Part shown: positions 60,401 through 64,000 of the stretch, one piece after another
Layout: each line of letters starts with the position of its first letter
Position numbering within the stretch: the first letter of the stretch is position 1
Assembly: GCA_963798485.1 (NCBI GenBank)
Contig: CAWCTR010000017.1
Coordinates: 224,001-288,000 of the forward strand
Length of the DNA stretch: 64,000 nucleotides
Direction of reading: 5' to 3'
DNA from: an uncultured delta proteobacterium
GTDB lineage: Bacteria; Desulfobacterota; Desulfomonilia; UBA1062
Program-made: the position numbers and the translations under genes
The notes under the pieces: generated by a model
Told to the model about the DNA's origin: nothing
What the model saw: the letters and a program-made list of their open reading frames with translations, nothing else
Databases searched by the model: none

Positions 60401-60655
60401 AACCAGAGCGCAGGGAGCTGCATCGCACTTACCCGCTCAACCTACGAAGAGAAGCAAGCCCAGCTCGATAGTGTCCGGAAGTTCCAGAAGAGTCATGCCA
60501 AGCAGGCCGATGCAGCCTTGAAGAAACTCGAGGAGACGGCATTGAATGGAGGGAATATTTTTGCCGTTCTCATGGACACGGTGCGCGTAGCCAGTCTCGG
60601 TCAGATCTCCCATGCCCTTTACGAGGTAGGCGGGAAATACAGAAGGAACATGTAG
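57416..60655 (+). CDS. icmF: Fused isobutyryl-CoA mutase / MeaB-like GTPase
   Basis: FDGHD B12-binding domain, GTGGSGKSS G-domain and mutase domain (GTVQADILKE, SLHTNAYDEA). Confidence 0.93.
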   Translation: MKKKDTTREPLRFITATSLFDGHDASINIMRRILQDSGAEVIHLGHNMGVAEIVNAAVQEGAHGIAVSSYQGGHLEYFKYLIDLLKGQGCSYVKVFGGGGGVIVPDEIKDLEAYGVAKIYSPDDGKVMGLKGMISHMMGIAAGVQIPEVAMDNKAILARDPVLMGRLISYAERARFFKDKSFEPMRAYLKGIKTHSPVVGITGTGGSGKSSIIDELLRRALYHYPDKTIAVISVDPTRSRSGGALLGDRIRMNQIDDSRVYMRSMATRASKDELSEAIHDALDIVKAAGYDLIIVETSGIGQGDTAITTVSDYSLYVMTSEFGAPSQLEKIDMLDFADMVLINKFEQEKALDALKHVRKQFMRNHDLFETDPENLPIYGTVASRYSDAGMDKAFAHLVDTLVEKGFINWHMLPESTVDQEKAHEGIVPSGRQHYLSEIAKSLRGYHARTKEVSERLRRLYAIEDLLQDKADKLTSEGLRKLLSQVKKGIAKDDLELIHGWEKQHERYKSKSYSYTVRDKKIHVSLTKESLAGLEIPKIALPAFTDKGDLFAWLRKENLPGFFPYTAGVFPFKRDWEDPKRQFAGEGGPEKTNKRFHYLCRHDEAKRLSTAFDSVTLYGEDPHEKPDIFGKIGESGVSICTLSDMKKLYAGFDLCSPTTSVSMTINGPAPIMTAMFFNTAIDQQVEVFKKEKGRAPKAEELDAIRDHVLRTVRGTVQADILKEDQGQNTCIFSTEFALKMMGDIQTYFIEKGVENFYSVSISGYHIAEAGANPISQLAFTLANGFTYVEYYLSRGMNIDDFAKNFSFFFSSGMDPEYSVLGRVARRIWAVAMRDLYGADESSQRLKYHIQTSGRSLHSMEIQFNDIRTTLQALTALNDNCNSLHTNAYDEAITTPTEESVRRAMAIQMIINREFGLSMNENQLQGSFFMDWLTDAVEEAVLKEFDRISDRKGVLGAMETQYQRSKIQDESLYYEHLKHSGKMPIIGVNTFENPNADNQSAGSCIALTRSTYEEKQAQLDSVRKFQKSHAKQADAALKKLEETALNGGNIFAVLMDTVRVASLGQISHALYEVGGKYRRNM

Positions 60656-60709
60656 GAGCGCCTTCAGGCGCGATAGTTTTGTAATCGCGGCTAAAGCCGC
60701 ACCTCCAGC
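60652..60709. repeat. Inverted REP doublet (REPIN-like)
   Basis: GTAGGAGCGCCTTCAGGCGCGAT...ATCGCGGCTAAAGCCGCACCTCCAGC; the TAG of GTAG is the icmF stop. Confidence 0.7.
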
Positions 60710-60725
60710 CTGTGAAAGGTTTTTT

Positions 60726-61259
60726 ATGAAGACCATCGGAAAAGGTTATGTCCACATCTACACTGGCGACGGCAAGGGCAAGACCAGCGCCGCCCTTGGC
60801 CTTGCCCTGCGGGCAGCCGGACGAGGCCTGAAGACCCATATGGTCCAGTTCATGAAGGGCCAGCACTATGGCGAGCTCGAAGGGGTAAAGACGACCGGCG
60901 GGCTCATCACCATCGAACAGTTCGGACACAGAGCCTTTTGCAGATTCGTTGAAACCCCTGATCCTAAGGATGTGAAAAGGGCATGCTCGGCCCTTGCGCG
61001 CATACACGAGCTCATGCAGGCCCATGCCTGTGTCATCCTCATCGCAGATGAGATCATCACGGCATGCATGTTCAAGCTCCTCACCGAAGATGATATCCTT
61101 GATGTCATCCGCGTTAAACCCGACGGCATGGAGCTTGTGCTCACCGGCAGGGGCGCCACGGACCGGATGATTGAGGCCGCAGATCTGGTGACCGAGATGA
61201 AAGAGGTGAAGCACTACTACCTCAAAGGCGTCGAAGCCCGGGAAGGTATTGAAAGCTGA
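60726..61259 (+). CDS. cobO: Cob(I)alamin adenosyltransferase
   Basis: YTGDGKGKTSAALG, QFMKG, LTGRGA and ADLVTEM motifs. Confidence 0.95.
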   Translation: MKTIGKGYVHIYTGDGKGKTSAALGLALRAAGRGLKTHMVQFMKGQHYGELEGVKTTGGLITIEQFGHRAFCRFVETPDPKDVKRACSALARIHELMQAHACVILIADEIITACMFKLLTEDDILDVIRVKPDGMELVLTGRGATDRMIEAADLVTEMKEVKHYYLKGVEAREGIES

Positions 61260-61505
61260 ACTTTCAGGATAATTGAGGATAAACCCGGATTTTACGTTTG
61301 CGATGTATCCATAATTGCTTCATGCTACCTCTGGTAGCTTTATGTATAACGCTCATAGTGACCATGGAATTATTTTTAAATAGGTCCGATCAGTTTTTAC
61401 GCTTCTTAAACGCAAAATCTGGGATAAAAGACTTGGCCAGTTCAAACCTGTGATTTGCCCAAACGGGCAAATCACAGGTTTGAACTGGTTGATTTTTTAT
61501 TCTGA

Positions 61506-62759
61506 CTACATGATCTCGATAGCCGCTGCCATGGACACACCGCCGCCGCCGCACAGGGTGGCCAGGCCCAGGGACTTTCCGCGCTTCTTCAGTGCATGGA
61601 TCAGCGTAACCATGACCCGGCATCCCGTGCTGCCCACCGGATGACCTAGCCCGATGCCGCTCCCATTCACATTAACCTTATCTCTGTTGAGTTTGAGGTC
61701 TCTCTCGCAGGCAATGTACTGGGCGGCAAAGGCCTCGTTGACCTCGATGAGATCAAAGCTGTCCACGCTGAATTTAGGCTTTTTCTTCAGTAGGTCCCGG
61801 ACGGCCGGCACCGGGCTGATGCCCATGACCGAGGGATGGCATCCGCCGCGGCCTGTCGCAACGATCTTTGCAAGGGGCTTCAGACCCAGCTCTTTTGCCT
61901 TGTCCGCGGACATGATGATCATGGCAGATGCGCCGTCGTTCAGCCCTGAGGAGTTACCTGCCGTAACCTTGCCGGTCTTGGGGATGAAGGCTGGGGGAAG
62001 ACTTCCAAGGTCATTCATGGTGAGGTTGGGCCTGAAGTGCTCGTCCTTCTCGAAGATAACAGGCGGTTTGCCCCTCTTCTGGGGCAGCTCGACGGGAACG
62101 ATTTCAACGGCAAAATCGCCTTCCTTGTTCGCCCGCTCGGCGCCGTTATGACTTTTGAGTGCCACCTCGTCCATCTCCTGGCGGCTGATGTCGTACATCT
62201 GGGCCAGGAACTCAGCGGTCTGCCCCATGATATAGGGCTTGCCCTTGAATACCTCGAAGAGCGGGAAGTTCTTTACCGGGCTGTCATCTGCCAGGGGCTG
62301 AATGAATGATCCGCAGTGGAGCGCCCGGATCATGGCATCCACAAAGACCTTGTCCTGAAGCCTGCACCCCCAGCGTGCATCCGGAGAGATATACGGGACC
62401 CCGGACATGTTCTCCGCGCCGCCTGCTAAGATGATATCAGCCATATCGGACTGGATCATGGCCATGCCGCTGAGTACCGCCTCCATGCCCGAGATGCATA
62501 CCCGGTTGATGGTTACCGCGGTCACACCCTCAGGGACGCCGGCAAGCAGTGCCCCCACCCTGGCCATATTCAGGGTGTCCGCCGGGTCCATGCAGCACCC
62601 GAAACGAACATCATCGATGGTTGCCGGATCTATGCCCGCACGTTTGATGGCCTCTTTCATGACAACGCTTGCGAGACGGGCCGTGATCATATCCTTGAGC
62701 GTCCCGCCGAATGTACCAATGGCTGTCCTGCACGCGGAAACAATGACTACATCCTTCAT
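61506..62759 (-). CDS. Acetyl-CoA C-acyltransferase (thiolase)
   Basis: NRVCISG, NEAFA, GHPVGSTG and LCGGGG motifs. Confidence 0.95.
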   Translation of the reverse strand: MKDVVIVSACRTAIGTFGGTLKDMITARLASVVMKEAIKRAGIDPATIDDVRFGCCMDPADTLNMARVGALLAGVPEGVTAVTINRVCISGMEAVLSGMAMIQSDMADIILAGGAENMSGVPYISPDARWGCRLQDKVFVDAMIRALHCGSFIQPLADDSPVKNFPLFEVFKGKPYIMGQTAEFLAQMYDISRQEMDEVALKSHNGAERANKEGDFAVEIVPVELPQKRGKPPVIFEKDEHFRPNLTMNDLGSLPPAFIPKTGKVTAGNSSGLNDGASAMIIMSADKAKELGLKPLAKIVATGRGGCHPSVMGISPVPAVRDLLKKKPKFSVDSFDLIEVNEAFAAQYIACERDLKLNRDKVNVNGSGIGLGHPVGSTGCRVMVTLIHALKKRGKSLGLATLCGGGGVSMAAAIEIM

Positions 62760-62897
62760 GAGAATCCCCCTTTTTAACTTAATTGGCGCCAGTTATAAAC
62801 TTTGCGCGTCCTTTCATGGTGGAAATGAATTGCCATTCATTCTAAAGGAAAGGATGGTGCATGTAAAGCGCAAACTGATCCGCGGATCGGGATAAAT

Positions 62898-62962
62898 AAG
62901 TTTTAAGTTTGAAGCGTTAAGTTTTAAGTGGGGCCTGACTTAAAACTTAAAATCTAAAACTT
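62898..62962. repeat. Heptamer tandem repeats arranged as an inverted repeat
   Basis: AAGTTTT AAGTTTG AAGCGTT AAGTTTT AAGT - GGGGCCTG - ACTTAAA ACTTAAA ATCTAAA ACTT. Confidence 0.75.
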
Positions 62963-62987
62963 GATCTTTTATATCCTACTTGCACAC

Positions 62988-63335
62988 ATGCCGCAGCTGC
63001 GTTATATCTTGAAAGTGAACCATCCGGGAACGTTCATCTGTCAGAGATGCGGGACGTGCTGCCTTGCCGACATGATCGCCTATGTCACCACCGAAGACAT
63101 GGACCGGTGGATCATCCAGGGCAGGAACGACATCCTACATATCATTGAGAACGAGCAGGCATTCTGGGCCGGAGATCACCTCGTCTCGGCCCGTGACGGC
63201 AGACCGCTTTTAAGCTGCCCCTTCCTCACCTGGGAAAAGGGCGGATATGCCTGCGGCATCTACGAGACCAGACCTGGTGTGTGCAGAGACTACGAGCCTG
63301 CTTCTTCGCAGATCTGCCCATTATGGAAATCTTAA
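62988..63335 (+). CDS. YkgJ-family Fe-S/Zn cluster protein (start uncertain)
   Basis: CQRCGTCC, CPFL and CGIYETRPGVCRDY motifs. Confidence 0.85.
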   Translation: MPQLRYILKVNHPGTFICQRCGTCCLADMIAYVTTEDMDRWIIQGRNDILHIIENEQAFWAGDHLVSARDGRPLLSCPFLTWEKGGYACGIYETRPGVCRDYEPASSQICPLWKS

Positions 63336-63443
63336 AGGGTGATCAGGGAGAAAAGTTTTAACCGGCTTAAGATGAATGGTACTACACAAACCCCTCTTTT
63401 AGGGCGAGATCGTCCAGTTCCAGGGTCAGGGCCTCCTCCTGTC

Positions 63444-63998
63444 TCAAGGTACGCCATATTTCTTCAGCTTCTTGTGGAGGGTCGCCCTCGTGATACCGAG
63501 TTTTCTTGCAGCCTCGCTTTTGTTCCCCCGGACTGATTCCAGCGTCTTCAGTATACTCAGGCGTTCAATTTCATCCAGGCTGAATTCACCTGTACCCCCA
63601 TTTGGCAGGGGCGCATTGTACGATTCTTCCAGACGGAAAACAGGGATATCCTCGTCCCTTAGGTAGTCCGAACTGGACAGGACAACAGCGCTCTCAACCG
63701 TATTCATCATCTCGCGCACGTTACCGGGCCATGGATATTTGATGAGCCGATCCATGGCCTGGGGTGAGAATCCTTTCAAGGGTTTGTTGTTCCTGATGGC
63801 AAACATTTTGAGAAAGTGTTCAGCCAGAACAGGTAAATCCTCGTTGCGATCTCGTAGCGGCGGCACGGAAAGGTTGATTACATTGAGCCGATAGTAAAGG
63901 TCTTCTCTGAATCTCGCACTCTTGACAAGGGTAGGGAGATCTTTATTCGTCGCTGCAATGATCCTGGCATCCACCGGGATCACCTCTTCGCCGCCGAC
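63444..63998 (-). CDS. sigma54-dependent transcriptional activator, C-terminal part (5' end outside the window)
   Basis: RIIAATNKDL, FREDLYYRLNV, WPGNVREM and Fis HTH. Confidence 0.92.
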   Translation of the reverse strand, partial: VGGEEVIPVDARIIAATNKDLPTLVKSARFREDLYYRLNVINLSVPPLRDRNEDLPVLAEHFLKMFAIRNNKPLKGFSPQAMDRLIKYPWPGNVREMMNTVESAVVLSSSDYLRDEDIPVFRLEESYNAPLPNGGTGEFSLDEIERLSILKTLESVRGNKSEAARKLGITRATLHKKLKKYGVP

Positions 63999-64000
63999 AC

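Noticed and set aside
1-64000. CRISPR arrays, tRNA/rRNA genes, integrases or transposases
   Set aside because: None recognised by eye; no regularly spaced repeats were seen. A tRNAscan/Infernal run would be needed to exclude them formally.

Overview
This 64 kb bacterial chromosomal segment is most consistent with an anaerobic deltaproteobacterium (Desulfobacterota-like), inferred from gene content. It carries a sigma54-driven flagellar block (fliK-flgD-flgE, motA-motB-motB2-fliL-M-N-O-P-Q-R), mutS, ppiD, htpG, ugd, an icmF-cobO pair, a thiolase and an acyl-CoA dehydrogenase. The ORF track misses several features: a probable selenoprotein CoA-disulfide reductase/NADH oxidase (in-frame UGA at the catalytic Cys position plus a SECIS-like hairpin), a c-di-AMP (ydaO-type) riboswitch before a KimA-like K+ transporter, GTAG-type REP elements, three 5'-truncated gene remnants and two single-base frameshifts. 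Two loci stand out as candidate undescribed systems. The first (28.9-36.5 kb) is an atypical chaperone-usher-like pilus locus with four pilin-like subunits, a chaperone-like protein, a large usher-like protein and an embedded sigma54 activator. The second (44.1-51.3 kb) is an AT-rich cassette encoding a SAM methyltransferase, a divergent PP-loop enzyme, a tandem-PilZ/acyltransferase-like protein and a V4R-like hybrid sensor kinase, resembling a small-molecule signal synthase/receptor module. All family calls come from motif recognition by eye; no database searches were run.
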